DNA of 64,000 nucleotides from Escherichia coli (GCF_965641715.1 NZ_OZ282453.1), one strand, 5' to 3'; positions 52,455 to 64,000 are shown, counted from the stretch's first letter. Notes: generated by a model from the sequence alone, not told the origin. Numbers and translations: made by a program.

Positions 52455-54718
52455 TCATCCTCCTGATGCGTGGTAGCGGTCCCATTGAAGGGCAAAATAA
52501 AATCACCCAAACAGAAAACAGATTCTTCAGCCACGGATATAAGCTGGCCGTTCAAACGCAGTGAAACGGGCGCAGAAGTTCGAATCGCAATACGCTGCGC
52601 GTCGAGCGTGACCTGTAATTCGCAGCCCTGCCAGAACAGAGGGAAAGACAACTGTTGCCACTGCTCAGGTAACGCCGGATTGAGATGTAATTCACCGTCA
52701 CGCACGCTCACCCCGGCAAAACCCTGAATCGCCCCCAGCCAGATAGCGCCAGTTGCAGCAGCATGGATACCATCATCACAACTATGCGGATCAGCACCAA
52801 GATCGATTTCAGTCCCCTCGCGCCAGAACTGATAACTTTGGGTCAGCAGGCCACAGCGTGCGGCAACAATGCCGTGGATTGCTTTACTTAATGACGAGTC
52901 GTGAATAGTGCGCGGTTCATAAAATTGCAGATTGGCAAGACACGATGCCGCTGAGAACTGCTCCGGCAGCATGTAATTGAGCATCACCACATCTGCCTGC
53001 TTGAGGATCTGCATCTCGTTCACTTCTGCGCGTGAATAATCCAGCAGTATGGTTTGCTTCCCCGCCGCCGCTTTGTATTTCGCCAGGTTAATCGCCGGCT
53101 TAGCCATAAACGAATCATCCTGCGGCAAAACGCCGTCGGGCTGAATTTCTGACAGCCGCAGTTCTTTAAGGAACATTTCGGCACGATGAATAAACGCGTC
53201 GTCGCTACAGCCAAACTGGCGGGCAATACTCAGCGCCTGCTGGACGTTGTAATACGCCATATAGCTGGTGTATGCATTATTATTGACATGTTCGGTATAT
53301 TCGTCTGGCCCAATAACATCATGAATTTCCAGACGATTGTTAACTCTCACCGCGCGGCTAATCCAGAATTTCGCAGTTTCCAGCAGTAGCGCCATGCCTT
53401 CGTGAGCGATGAAGCTTTCATCTCCCGTTGCCTGCCAGTATTGAATGACAGCCCAGGCGATATCGGCGACCAGATGATGTTCAGCCTGCGCCGAGGCCAC
53501 TTTTTGCCGCAGTCCGGTGCGGATGTTAATGGCGGCAAATTCCGGCGTCTCTTCTTCGCCGCTGCGCGCGCTTTCCCACGGAAATAGCGCGCCCTGCCAG
53601 CCATTGCGTCGCGCTTTCTCCTGCGCGCCAGGCAAGTTGTGCCAGCGATAACGCAGTAAACTTCGGGCAACCGTCGGATCGCTAAACAGATGAAACGGTA
53701 GCAAAAATACTTCTGTATCCCAGAAAACGTGGCCTTTGTAGCCTTCGCCGGTTAAGCCTTTTGCCGCAATACTGCTGCGCTCGTCGTGAGCCGGCGTCAT
53801 GATGCGCAGATGATAAAGCGCATAATCTAACGCTTGCTGATCGTGCGCATCGCCGCCATTTACCGTGATACGACGTTTCTGCCACCATTGACGCCAGTTT
53901 TCTGTTGATGCTGCAAGAAGTTGGTCGTAACTCTGCTGCGCGCACATTTCAAGCTGGCGAAGCGACGCGCTGCCCCACTCGTCTAAAACGGCTTGCCTGT
54001 CATCCCGCCAGTCGATCCACACCAGTTTTTGCAACGTCACTGTCTCGCCTGCATGAAGCTGCGCACTGGTATGTTGCAGCAAACGGCGCTCTTTGGCGGT
54101 ATAGCATTGCTGCACATCACCGCTCACCTTACAGCAACAGCTGATGGCCACATCACTGCGTCCATCCTGGGTGGTGTAGATCCCCTGCATCAGATGCTGA
54201 CCAAACACCCGCACCTGGGTTTCGTCGAGATGTTGGCGACCGTGGTTGGTTTGCGTGGCGTCGATACCTGTTGAAATCAGCACTGACGCGTCGGCGTCCA
54301 GTGGCGTAATAGTGATTTCCAGCGCAATGAGCGGCAGTTGGTCTGCCGAAACAAAGCGACGGCTGGCGATGGTGTAACCTGCGCCGTTGCTGGTACGCCA
54401 GACAACGTTGCGGCGTAATTCGCCACTGGCAAAGTCAAGCTCACGCTGCCAGGCTTCGTGGGATAACGAGAAAACCTCACCATTTATGGCAATCTCCATC
54501 CCCAAGATATCAGGCAGGTTCACCAGTTCGTTGATTTCACCTTTTCCCGCCCGATGATACAGCCCCGCCAGATACATCCCTCGCGTCTGGCGCGTGTAAT
54601 CTTCTTCATGGCTGGCGCGAAGCCCAAGATAGCCGTTCCCCTGCGCCATCAGCGATGCATACTTGTTCAGGGTATGCTGGCTGAAATGGGGTTCTGATAA
54701 CGTTACTGGCCTGGTCAT
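52451..54718 (-). CDS. ycjT: kojibiose phosphorylase YcjT (GH65)
   Basis: 755 aa. Confidence 0.85.
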
Positions 54719-55770
54719 AATTCCACACGCGTCCCTGTTTCTGCGGATTGATATAACGCCGCCACCAGTTGCTGGATGATGTACCCCTGCTCGGCGTCGG
54801 CTATCATCACGGGCTTGCCCTGTACGTGATTGATAAAGGCTTCCATGCTGCGCAAATGGCGGTTGTCGTCTGCCATTTCCCGTTGCATCAGCGTCATTAA
54901 TTCACCGTTGTTATCGGTGTAGATATGTGCTGGAAACAGCGTCGCACCGGCTTTATCACCACAAAAGCTGACGTTCATAATCGATTGTTCGCGGATGTTG
55001 AGTGCAAATGACGTTTCCAGCCACAGAATGCCGCCGTTATGAAATTCAATGGTGCCAAACAGCGAATCTTCGACGCTGTAAGTTGCCGGATCCCACTCGC
55101 CAAATTGACCACAGCTCTTTTGCGTGCCGATCTTTTGAAAACTATGCGCATTCACGCTTTTCACCGCCGGAAAGCCCAGCACATACATCGCAGCATCCAG
55201 CATATGAATGCCGATGTCGATCAGCGGGCCACCACCCTGCAGTTCTTTATTGGTAAAGACACCCCAGCCGGGAACGCCGCAGCGACGCAGGGCGCGGGCG
55301 GTGGTAACGTAAATCTCTCCCAAAACGCCGTTGGTCACCTGTTCACGCAGCTGTTGCGTATCGAGCGCAAAACGATGGTGAAAGTCGTAGGCCAGCACCT
55401 TGCCCAGTTTGCGCGCGGTATCGCACATTTCCCGCGCCTGTTCTGGCGTCATGGCGGGCGGTTTTTCGCACATCACATGGCAGCCCGCTTCCAGTGCCAT
55501 CAGGGTATGTTCGTAATGAAAACGGTTAGGTGAGCAGACGCTAACCACATCAGGTTTCACCGCCAGCAGCATGGCCTGCGGATCGTCCCACACGGATGCA
55601 TTCCCGTATTTTTCTGCCAGCGCCTGCGCCTGGGAAAGGCGGCTGTCACAGACAGCCACCAGTTCCAGATCGTTGCGGGTGCAGTAGTACGAAGCATGAA
55701 CCTTATCCGCCACCTGGCCTGCGCCTATTATCGCGACCCGCAGCGGAGAGCTTGTCATTGCACTTTTCAC
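54715..55770 (-). CDS. ycjS: Gfo/Idh/MocA-family oxidoreductase YcjS
   Basis: 351 aa; N-terminal Rossmann motif IGAGQVADKVH. Confidence 0.85.
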   Translation of the reverse strand: MKSAMTSSPLRVAIIGAGQVADKVHASYYCTRNDLELVAVCDSRLSQAQALAEKYGNASVWDDPQAMLLAVKPDVVSVCSPNRFHYEHTLMALEAGCHVMCEKPPAMTPEQAREMCDTARKLGKVLAYDFHHRFALDTQQLREQVTNGVLGEIYVTTARALRRCGVPGWGVFTNKELQGGGPLIDIGIHMLDAAMYVLGFPAVKSVNAHSFQKIGTQKSCGQFGEWDPATYSVEDSLFGTIEFHNGGILWLETSFALNIREQSIMNVSFCGDKAGATLFPAHIYTDNNGELMTLMQREMADDNRHLRSMEAFINHVQGKPVMIADAEQGYIIQQLVAALYQSAETGTRVEL

Positions 55771-55779
55771 AAAGACCTC

Positions 55780-56568
55780 TTAGCAGGTACGCAACCAGGC
55801 CAAAGAATCACGGTACGCCTGAGCAGGATCTTCTGCCCGGATGCGCCCTTCATACACCACATAACCCTGATAGTTATCGGCGCGCAGCTGTTCAAACAGC
55901 GCGTGGAAATCGAGGGTGCCGCTGCCCGGCTGGTAACGATGGTTATCGGCAATATGCACATGACCGAGCAAGTCACGGTTGTCGTGCAGCGCCTGCGCCA
56001 GGTTATCTTCTTCGATGTTCATGTGATAGAAATCGCCGATAATCTGCACATGTTTAAGATTGTTTTCGACGATGTAACGACGAGCATCGGCGAGGGTGTT
56101 GATCATATGATCCTGATAGCGGTTTAACGGTTCGAGATACACCACGGTTCCGGTACGCGCGGCGACCTGTTCCAGTACGCGCAGGGAATCACTCACCATT
56201 TTGCGGTCGCCGTCCAGGCTACGCGGCGAGGTCATCGGCGGTAAGCGGAAGGTAAACATGCCCCACGCTGCCGGAACGACGATACCTTTACCCCCCACTT
56301 CTGCCAGCGCTTCGAGAATGCGTTCGATCTGCTTTAAGCCATTAAGACGACGCTCTTCGATAAAGTCACCAATCCAGCCGTCATAGCCGCCGCAGGCGGT
56401 GGTCACCGGTAAACCGGTTTCTTTGATCGCCGCTTTGACTTCTTCGATGTTGTTGACCAGCAGTTTGCCGTCAATCTCAAAACCATCGAAGCCCATCTCT
56501 TTGATATAACGAAATTTCTCCAGAATATTTTCCGGGAAGAACGCCTGATTCTGTGTGCCTATTTTCAT
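55780..56568 (-). CDS. ycjR: sugar-phosphate isomerase/epimerase YcjR (TIM barrel)
   Basis: 262 aa from MKIGTQNQAFF. Confidence 0.8.
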   Translation of the reverse strand: MKIGTQNQAFFPENILEKFRYIKEMGFDGFEIDGKLLVNNIEEVKAAIKETGLPVTTACGGYDGWIGDFIEERRLNGLKQIERILEALAEVGGKGIVVPAAWGMFTFRLPPMTSPRSLDGDRKMVSDSLRVLEQVAARTGTVVYLEPLNRYQDHMINTLADARRYIVENNLKHVQIIGDFYHMNIEEDNLAQALHDNRDLLGHVHIADNHRYQPGSGTLDFHALFEQLRADNYQGYVVYEGRIRAEDPAQAYRDSLAWLRTC

Positions 56569-56585
56569 TTTTTCATTCCTTTGAA

Positions 56586-57638
56586 TTAAAACGTGACGCC
56601 CATTTTGATGCTCTGTTCCGGATGCTGATCGACATACTGCATGTAGCTTTCCGGGCTGTTGGCAAAGGTCACTACCGGGTCGATTAAATCTTCGCAATTG
56701 AGATAACCGTTCATCAGCAGTTTCCAGCAGGTTTCTTCAATACGCTTACGGCTCCAGCGCGGATAATCCGGGTTCGGTTCACTGCACGCGCGAGAGAAGA
56801 CAATTTTGGCGTTATTGAAATGCGCTTCGCGTCCGAGGTTAAAACCTTCAGTAAATGGTTTGGCAAACGCGACATAGGAGATGGTGCCGCCGTAAGCCAG
56901 ACCGCGGAGCGCCGATTGCAGCGCGTCGGCGTAACCACTGGTTTCGATAATCACATCGGCACCCTGCTTGCCGGTCAGCGTTTTGATCTCTTTGCCTACG
57001 TCAGTGCCAATGGGGTTAAGGCAGAAATCCGCACCGTGGCGACGAGCAATATCACAACGATGGGCAATAGGATCGACGCCAATCACCACCGACGCGCCAG
57101 CGCGTTTAGCCAGTTGGATGGCAATTTGACCTATCGCGCCAAGCCCCACCACCACTACAAAATCCCCTACGCGTACGTTGGCATCGCGCACGCCGCTCAT
57201 GGCAAACTGCGCCGGGTCGTAGCAGACGGCGTTTTTCCAGGAGCTGCCTTCCGGCATTTTGCGCAGCTTGTAGTTATTCACTGCGTTAATGATGACCGTC
57301 TCGGAGAGCGGGCCGTAGCCGCATACGCTGTCGCCCACCGCGTAGTCGGTAACGTCGCTGCCGCACTCGATAATGTCGCCAACCACCATGTTGCCAAGCT
57401 GGAATTTGCCAAACTCAATGCCGCGCGGCGCATCTGCGGGACGCGGGGTGAACATCTGCCACTCGCCGTTAAAGTCTTCATCGATAAACGGGCTGGCGGC
57501 GCGGAAGTCGACCACTTCCGTTCCGTGTTTCGGTGCGCCGAAACGCACGCGGATCTTCACTTCATTGGCTAAAATCGCCCGATCTTCATACTCAACCAGC
57601 GCAGCAACACGCGGTGCTGTGGCTACTAACTTTTTCAT
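56586..57638 (-). CDS. ycjQ: zinc-dependent alcohol-dehydrogenase-family protein YcjQ
   Basis: 350 aa; GLGAIG nucleotide-binding motif. Confidence 0.85.
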   Translation of the reverse strand: MKKLVATAPRVAALVEYEDRAILANEVKIRVRFGAPKHGTEVVDFRAASPFIDEDFNGEWQMFTPRPADAPRGIEFGKFQLGNMVVGDIIECGSDVTDYAVGDSVCGYGPLSETVIINAVNNYKLRKMPEGSSWKNAVCYDPAQFAMSGVRDANVRVGDFVVVVGLGAIGQIAIQLAKRAGASVVIGVDPIAHRCDIARRHGADFCLNPIGTDVGKEIKTLTGKQGADVIIETSGYADALQSALRGLAYGGTISYVAFAKPFTEGFNLGREAHFNNAKIVFSRACSEPNPDYPRWSRKRIEETCWKLLMNGYLNCEDLIDPVVTFANSPESYMQYVDQHPEQSIKMGVTF

Positions 57639-57668
57639 GTAAAACTCCTTGTAAAGAAACTGGCCGCT

Positions 57669-58511
57669 TTAGCCCTTCACGCCACCGGCGGTCAAACCAC
57701 TCTTAATAAAACGTTCCGAAAGCGCATACATAATCACCACCGGTAATGCGGTCACCAGCGAGGCCGCCATCATCCGTCCCCAGATGTAATCAGGCGTACT
57801 GAACAGCGCGTTCAGGCCAACCGGTAAGGTGAAATTGCTGGCGCTGGAGAGGAAAATCGACGCAAACAGATAGTCGTTCCACGCCACCATAAAGCAGTAG
57901 ACGAACACCGATATCAGCCCGGACATCGCCAGGGGCACGGTGATACGGAAGATGATTTGCAGACGGTTGAGGCCATCCATCATCGCCGCTTCTTCGATCT
58001 CATCAGGGATGGTGTCGAAGTAGCTTTTCAGCATAAACACGGCGGTGGGCAGGGTTTGCGTCACCATGGTAATGATCAGCGCCATCTCGGTGTCGTAAAT
58101 ACCAAGCGCGGTGATGATTTTGAACAGCGGCACCACCAGCAAAATGCCGGAGAACATATACACCGTGTAAAAGCTGGCGTTGATGGTCATCCGACCTTTA
58201 AAGCGCAGGCGAGAAAGCGCGTAAGCCCCGAGAATACCGAGAAATACCGCCACCACGGATGAAACCACCGACACCACCATGCTGTTACGGAAGTAGTCGA
58301 CAAACGGGAAAATCACCGGGTTAAAAATGTCGACGTAATGCTCCAGCGTCCACTGCTGTGGCAGCAGCGTAGGATGCAGCGAGATCGCCTCTTTTGCGCT
58401 CTTGAACGAGGTCATCAGCATCACAAAAAACGGAAATAGCGTGATGATGAGAAACAGCGCCAGCCCGCAGTAAAAACCGATGCGACTGAGTGTGCGTTTA
58501 TTTGTTGCCAT
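57669..58511 (-). CDS. ycjP: sugar ABC transporter permease YcjP
   Basis: 280 aa, multi-TM. Confidence 0.85.
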   Translation of the reverse strand: MATNKRTLSRIGFYCGLALFLIITLFPFFVMLMTSFKSAKEAISLHPTLLPQQWTLEHYVDIFNPVIFPFVDYFRNSMVVSVVSSVVAVFLGILGAYALSRLRFKGRMTINASFYTVYMFSGILLVVPLFKIITALGIYDTEMALIITMVTQTLPTAVFMLKSYFDTIPDEIEEAAMMDGLNRLQIIFRITVPLAMSGLISVFVYCFMVAWNDYLFASIFLSSASNFTLPVGLNALFSTPDYIWGRMMAASLVTALPVVIMYALSERFIKSGLTAGGVKG

Positions 58512-59379
58512 TGAGGTTCACCCGTTTTCTGGTCAGCAGAATGACAGCGAAAATAATGATGAATAGCACCACCGAGATCGCCGCCGCTTTCCCTAAGTCA
58601 TTAAAGGCAAAGGCGGTTTTGTAGAGATAGACACCAAGAATATCGACCTTGGTTGTCAGCAGATAAACATCAGCGAACATGTAGAACATCCAGATGGTGC
58701 GCAGGGTCACCACCGTCGCCAGGACCGGCATAATTGCGGGCAGCGTGACGATGCGAAACCGCTGCCAGGCATTAGCGCCATCCATCTCTGCCGCTTCGTA
58801 CAGCGATTTGTCGATGGTCTGCAAAATCGCCAGAAACGAGATAAAGGCATATGGGAAATAGCGCCAGATGGCGAACAGCACCACCAGCACAAAGCTACTG
58901 CCCGGATTATCGAACCACAGCGGTGCCTGCTCGTAGAGATGCAGAAGATCGACGCCGAGGTAGTTCACAATGCCGTAGCCGTTGTTGAACATGTATTTCC
59001 AGGCGAACACCAGCGAAATGGACGGCGTTACGTAGGAGAGGATCACCAACGAACGCGCGGTTTTGCGCAGGCGGAACTCGCGGTTGAAAAACATCGCCAC
59101 CGCCAGCCCGAGCACGGTGCTGCCCGCCACTACCAGCGCGGTATACCAGACCGTCATCCACAGCGAATGCCAGAAGCCGGGATCGGAGAGGATACGCACA
59201 TAGTTGCTCACCCCAACAAACGTTGACTCGATGTTGGGATTGAGCGGCAGACGTAAAAAACTGATTTCGATATTCGACACCATCGGCCACGCCACCAGAC
59301 CGCCCAGCAGTAATAAGCTGGGCGCGAGAAGCAGCAGCGCAAAGGGCATATCGGAACGACCTGAAAAAAGCCTGTTCAT
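58498..59379 (-). CDS. ycjO: sugar ABC transporter permease YcjO
   Basis: 293 aa, multi-TM. Confidence 0.85.
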   Translation of the reverse strand: MNRLFSGRSDMPFALLLLAPSLLLLGGLVAWPMVSNIEISFLRLPLNPNIESTFVGVSNYVRILSDPGFWHSLWMTVWYTALVVAGSTVLGLAVAMFFNREFRLRKTARSLVILSYVTPSISLVFAWKYMFNNGYGIVNYLGVDLLHLYEQAPLWFDNPGSSFVLVVLFAIWRYFPYAFISFLAILQTIDKSLYEAAEMDGANAWQRFRIVTLPAIMPVLATVVTLRTIWMFYMFADVYLLTTKVDILGVYLYKTAFAFNDLGKAAAISVVLFIIIFAVILLTRKRVNLNGNK

Positions 59380-59399
59380 TGCGGATTCCTGTCCTGGGT

Positions 59400-60692
59400 T
59401 TAGTGCTGTTCGATCAGTTCATCCAGTTTTTTCTGGCTCGCTTGCAGCGTAGTAGAGAGATCGGCTTTACCCACGGTGACGTTATGCACCATTGAACTCA
59501 CCACGCCAGAACCCGTCACATCACCCATGCGGGTAAAGTTTTTATCCCCTACTGCGCCAAAAACCTGAATATTTGGCAGTTCACCAATTAACTGATTCGG
59601 CAGTTCACCCAGCGCCTTGATCACGTCGTTGTCTTTCCAGGTGGCGGTAGTGACAACCGCTTTGTTCACCGGCAGTGCCGCGCCTGGCGACATCATCACC
59701 CAGTCGGCAATGTTGTCCGCCTGCTCCATAAAGGTGACAAATTTTTCTGCTGCTTCGGTCTCTTCGGTCTTTTGTCCGGCGGTAATGGTCAGCGAGGTCA
59801 ACATGCCGTAGACCGCAGAGTTTTTCTCGGTTGGCACCACGAAACCGACGTTTTTCGGGTCGCCTTCTTTAATCACAGCCGGAAGGATATAGGTGGAGTA
59901 AATCGCCATCGGCGCGGTGCCGTTCATAAAGGCGTCTTTCACTTCCATGATGTCGTTAGAACCCGGCATGGTGTTGGCAGCAAGGTCGCGGTAATAGGTC
60001 AGCGCCTGCATCATCTCTGGTGTATCAAGGGTGATTTTGCCTTCGGCGTTAAAGACGTTGGCCTGGTTGGATAACGCAAACTGGGAGAAGGATTGTTCCG
60101 TCAGCACGCTTTCTGCCGTAGGCAGCGCAATACCGTATTTTTTATTCGCCGGGTCATTCAGTTTCTGTGCAACGTCCAGCAGCTGTTGCCAGTTTTTCGG
60201 CTCCTCCAGCCCCGCTTTTGCCAGCACATCTTTGCGATACCAGATGCCGCCAATCCAGGCGCTGACGGGAACACCGGTCCATGCGCTACCATCTTCGGTA
60301 CGCACAATACGCAGTACGCCATCGTAAAACGCGCCTTCACCAACGTTGCTGATGACCGTGGCAACCGCTTTGCGATCGATAAGCTGCTCTTTATCCATAA
60401 CTTTGGCGTAGTCATGGCTGGTTTCGATCACTTCCGGCAGCGAGCCGCTACGTGAAAGGGTGATGACTTTGGTGTTATAAGCGTCTTCTTCCACGGGCAC
60501 TTGTTTAACGGTGATACCTGGGTTTTCTTTTTCAAAACGGGCAATCAATTTGCTGATAACTGCCTGACGCTCCTGCTCCACCGAAGAATGCATAAATTCG
60601 ATGGATACATGGGTTTTATTTTCTTCTTTACAGCCTGAAATCAGGGCGCAGGAAACCAGTGCTGATAACAGCACGATTTTTGATTTAATCAT
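59400..60692 (-). CDS. ycjN: periplasmic sugar-binding protein YcjN
   Basis: 430 aa; lipoprotein-like signal (LLSALVSCALISGC). Confidence 0.85.
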   Translation of the reverse strand: MIKSKIVLLSALVSCALISGCKEENKTHVSIEFMHSSVEQERQAVISKLIARFEKENPGITVKQVPVEEDAYNTKVITLSRSGSLPEVIETSHDYAKVMDKEQLIDRKAVATVISNVGEGAFYDGVLRIVRTEDGSAWTGVPVSAWIGGIWYRKDVLAKAGLEEPKNWQQLLDVAQKLNDPANKKYGIALPTAESVLTEQSFSQFALSNQANVFNAEGKITLDTPEMMQALTYYRDLAANTMPGSNDIMEVKDAFMNGTAPMAIYSTYILPAVIKEGDPKNVGFVVPTEKNSAVYGMLTSLTITAGQKTEETEAAEKFVTFMEQADNIADWVMMSPGAALPVNKAVVTTATWKDNDVIKALGELPNQLIGELPNIQVFGAVGDKNFTRMGDVTGSGVVSSMVHNVTVGKADLSTTLQASQKKLDELIEQH

Positions 60693-60705
60693 GAGATGTT
60701 CCTTT

Positions 60706-62385
60706 TTATTTAATCCACATAACCTGCCAGGGGCGCAGCGTTATTTTATTACCCAATATATCAACTTCACTAATCAGATCCCGACCGTGCAGGCCAGTAA
60801 TATTTACATGCTGAATATTTTTACTGACATTAAACAATCCGGTCAGACAATTACCCTCTGCGTTACTTCTTTGAATACGCATTACGGATGAATTAACCGT
60901 ATCGATGGTAAAATTATTATCCGGATGAAACTCGTTATGGCTGCGACGAAGTGTAATTAAACGCGACAACTCATGATATACCGCATGCCTTAATGTAGCT
61001 TCAACGTTCAGTTCTCGGGTTATCTCTTCACTGTGATATTTTTTACGGTTAATCGCACGGTTATATCCGAGTTTTTCGACACCTGCGTAATCATTACGCG
61101 AGCCCAGAATACTTTGAATATATATCGCTGGCACACCGGGGAAACTTAACAAAATCGCATGGGCAAGGATAAACCTGGCGCAACGTTCTTCATCGCTACT
61201 CTCGCGGCGGCTTAACGCATCCATATAGGTGACATTTATTTCATAGGGACTGCGCGTACCGTCGGGATTATTTTTCCAGTTTACTAATGCACCTTCCTGC
61301 TGTAATGCCTCGACCAGCGCTAATATTTCGCTTTCTGGTAACAAGCCCCGCAGTGGGTTCAGCCCGATGCCATCGTGAGAGGCGAGGAAGTTAAACCAGG
61401 TCGTTTTACCGGAGGGCAAGCTCAGACTTTGCGCCCACTGGCACAGCGCCTCGACGTTCTGTTTTTGCACCGCATGCAGCACCAGCGGCGGCAACGAGAA
61501 CTGATACACCATATGGGCTTCATCATCGCCGTTGCCAAAGTAAGCAATGTTGTCTTTATGCGGAACATTGGTCTCGGTAATGATCACTGTGCCTGGCGCG
61601 ACGTTATCAATAATCGACCGTAACAGTTTGATAATCAGATGTGTTTTTTCCAGATGGATGCAGCTTGTTCCCGGCTCTTTCCACATAAAGCCAACGGCAT
61701 CCAGGCGGACATACTCTGCGCCCTTTTCCAGGTAACAAAGCAAAACATCCACCATCGCCAGCAACACGTCAGGGCTACGGTAATTCAGGTCAATTTGATC
61801 GTCGCTAAAGGTGGTCCATAAATGGCGCGTGGAATTATCATCCATTTGAAACGGCGTTAATAGCGGTAATGCACGCGGACGGGTGACAGCGCTGAGATCG
61901 GTTTGCGGATCAACCGCAATAAAAAAATCTTCAAAACCCGGAAGCTGTTGCAAATAGTTTTTAAACCATTCACTTTTTGCCGACATATGGTTGCAGACAA
62001 AATCAAACATTAAATGACTGCATTCACCGAGCTGCTGAATATCCTGCCACTCCCCCGCTTCACTGGCGACCTGATGATAATCAATTACCGAAAATCCATC
62101 ATCAGATGACCATGGGTAAAAAGGTAATAAATGAACATGTGAAAAAATGCATTGCAGCCATTGATGGTAAAACTGATTAAATGTGGGTAGTGGTTTTAAA
62201 TCATTACTGTGAAATTGATCGGCATAGGTAATTAACACGACGTCACTTTCATCCCAGTGTTTTTTACGTCGCTGTGTAATTAATCGTTTCGCACTCTCAA
62301 GACGCGTTACAAGTTTCTGTAAATGAGTTGCGGTAAATGTTCCACCGTAGATTTCGTCCAGGTAATCCGTAATTTTCTGTTTCAT
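60706..62385 (-). CDS. ycjM: glucosylglycerate/sucrose-phosphorylase-family enzyme YcjM (GH13)
   Basis: 559 aa from MKQKITDYLDEIYGG. Confidence 0.85.
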   Translation of the reverse strand: MKQKITDYLDEIYGGTFTATHLQKLVTRLESAKRLITQRRKKHWDESDVVLITYADQFHSNDLKPLPTFNQFYHQWLQCIFSHVHLLPFYPWSSDDGFSVIDYHQVASEAGEWQDIQQLGECSHLMFDFVCNHMSAKSEWFKNYLQQLPGFEDFFIAVDPQTDLSAVTRPRALPLLTPFQMDDNSTRHLWTTFSDDQIDLNYRSPDVLLAMVDVLLCYLEKGAEYVRLDAVGFMWKEPGTSCIHLEKTHLIIKLLRSIIDNVAPGTVIITETNVPHKDNIAYFGNGDDEAHMVYQFSLPPLVLHAVQKQNVEALCQWAQSLSLPSGKTTWFNFLASHDGIGLNPLRGLLPESEILALVEALQQEGALVNWKNNPDGTRSPYEINVTYMDALSRRESSDEERCARFILAHAILLSFPGVPAIYIQSILGSRNDYAGVEKLGYNRAINRKKYHSEEITRELNVEATLRHAVYHELSRLITLRRSHNEFHPDNNFTIDTVNSSVMRIQRSNAEGNCLTGLFNVSKNIQHVNITGLHGRDLISEVDILGNKITLRPWQVMWIK

Positions 62386-62595
62386 GTTGCCTTTCCGTGG
62401 TAGCGGTCCCATGAAGCGAGAGACTACTCCGCAGAAAATAAACTGTCAATTGAGCACAAGGGTTTTAGTCACGCAGGAAATCATTTTTTACCAGGGAAAA
62501 AGCGTATTTGTGAGCTGACGCAAATAATCTATAGGGATGTAAATAAGGTGTGACAGAAAAAAACGGCGCATAAGCGCCGCTCATGGTGAATTCTT

Positions 62596-62910
62596 TTAAC
62601 CTTTGACCTTCGGCATTGCGATGTCTTTCAGGCCACCGGCGTTCTCAACGTGGGTATATCCCATCTCGCTAAGGATCTCTTTTGCCTGCCCTGACTGGCG
62701 TCCGGCATTGCAATACACTTTCACGGTGTCGTTTTTATCCGGAACGACGGTGGCAATGCGCTCTTTCACTTCCTTCAGGGGAATATTGATGGCCCCCTGA
62801 ACGTGCTCTTGCTGATACTGCTCTGGAACACGAACATCGATCCAGTGTTCAGCGGCGAAAACGGGCAGTGAAAACACCAGTGCCAGAGCAAGTAAGCCTT
62901 TTTTAAACAT
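62596..62910 (-). CDS. pspE: thiosulfate sulfurtransferase PspE (rhodanese)
   Basis: 104 aa from MFKKGLLALALVFSLPVFA; active-site CNAGRQS. Confidence 0.85.
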   Translation of the reverse strand: MFKKGLLALALVFSLPVFAAEHWIDVRVPEQYQQEHVQGAINIPLKEVKERIATVVPDKNDTVKVYCNAGRQSGQAKEILSEMGYTHVENAGGLKDIAMPKVKG

Positions 62911-62984
62911 GTAAGCGTCCTTATATGGATGAATATTGCTATCCATTATACGCCTGAGATTTAACAATTTTTGCGAAACTCCCC

Positions 62985-63206
62985 TCACCTTTTATAACGC
63001 TGCGCCAGTTTATTGGCAGCCCGACTTAACAGCGGTTCCAGCGCCACAGCCAGCAACATTTTCAGCGGTCGGCGAGCAACTGATTTTATCGCCCAGCCCG
63101 CCACACCCGCTGGGCCATAGCGCAGTGCGGTAAGAAGTACCAGCTTGCCTGCTAATTTGAAACCAGGCTTTACCTTTTGCCCGGCCTGTTGCCAGCGAGT
63201 ATTCAT
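62985..63206 (-). CDS. pspD: phage-shock protein D
   Basis: 73 aa from [20 protein letters not shown]. Confidence 0.85.
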
Positions 63207-63214
63207 AACTTTCC

Positions 63215-63574
63215 TCACAGTTGACGGAAACGGCTACGTAACGTGAATGTATCGGAAGTGACATAACGTTCCATCTCGCGTAAACGCGTTTCACTTGCCG
63301 CCAGTTCACGGTCGACTTCATCCAGCAATTCACTGCTGGAAGGTAGCTGCTCACCAAAGGCCATGTTGTCCGGCATTGGATCAAGCGCAAATGACAAAAT
63401 GATGTAAGCAACCAGGGTAAACAGCGCCAGACCGAAGAAAATCGACAGCACCACCAGGATACGCACCAGTTTTACCGGTACATCAAAATAGTTGGCAATC
63501 CCGGCGCAGACGCCACGGACCATGCCCTGCTGTGGAATACGCCATAATTTTTTATTGAGATTAATGCCCGCCAT
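63215..63574 (-). CDS. pspC: phage-shock protein C
   Basis: 119 aa [30 protein letters not shown]. Confidence 0.9.
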
Positions 63575-63798
63575 TAGCGATCCCTCCAGTTCGGATGTTC
63601 TGCATCAAGAATAGATTCCAGCGCCTGAATACGTTCGCGCATCCGTTTTGCTTCATCAGCCAGTTGCGCTAATCGCTGCTGCTCACTTTGCGACAATTCA
63701 CTGCGACCAGAACGATTGCTGTAATGCAGCCATAACCAGATCGGTAAAACAAACAGCACAAAAATGGTTAATGGAATAGCCAGAAATAGCGCGCTCAT
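63574..63798 (-). CDS. pspB: phage-shock protein B
   Basis: 74 aa MSALFLAIPLTIFVLFVLPIWLWLHY. Confidence 0.9.
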   Translation of the reverse strand: MSALFLAIPLTIFVLFVLPIWLWLHYSNRSGRSELSQSEQQRLAQLADEAKRMRERIQALESILDAEHPNWRDR

Positions 63799-63851
63799 AA
63801 GTACTCCTTAGACGATGAGCGGCGGCGCTTTCGGACGCCGCCTGGATGTTA

Positions 63852-64000
<149 letters not shown>

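Overview
This window is an Escherichia coli chromosomal segment, the reverse complement of the K-12 region psp - ycj - tyrR - tpx - mpaA - mppA - ynaI - uspE - fnr - ogt - smrA - dgcM - zntB - dbpA - ttcA, with a Rac-type lambdoid prophage at the 5' end of ttcA. Gene names are from recognition of the translated ORFs by memory; no database search was run. Positions 1 to about 21860 are prophage: integrase/excisionase, ydaC/lar, a lambda Red module (exo, bet, gam) preceded by a RecE N-terminal homologue that lacks the exonuclease domain, kilR/ydaE/racC-like genes, a DicA/RacR-like repressor with divergent YdaS/YdaT-like genes, O-like and DnaC-like replication genes, nin-region genes, a hok toxin, a Q-like antiterminator, an AppY-like AraC regulator, a tRNA-Gly(UCC) and a holin/endolysin cassette. 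The other prophage end is not in the window. The most interesting feature is an AT-rich two-gene cassette (6755..8238) on the strand opposite its prophage neighbours: a 310-aa soluble protein translationally coupled to a 184-aa four-helix membrane protein. This is the architecture of RexAB-type phage-exclusion systems, but I cannot assign it to a known family. Other points of note are three 19-bp palindromes at the replication gene, an in-frame amber stop in one of two tandem hydrolase paralogues, a shared 37-bp motif upstream of mppA and mpaA, and an MFS/HlyD/AraC efflux cluster where K-12 carries abgRABT. The remainder (21863..64000) is conserved core chromosome.
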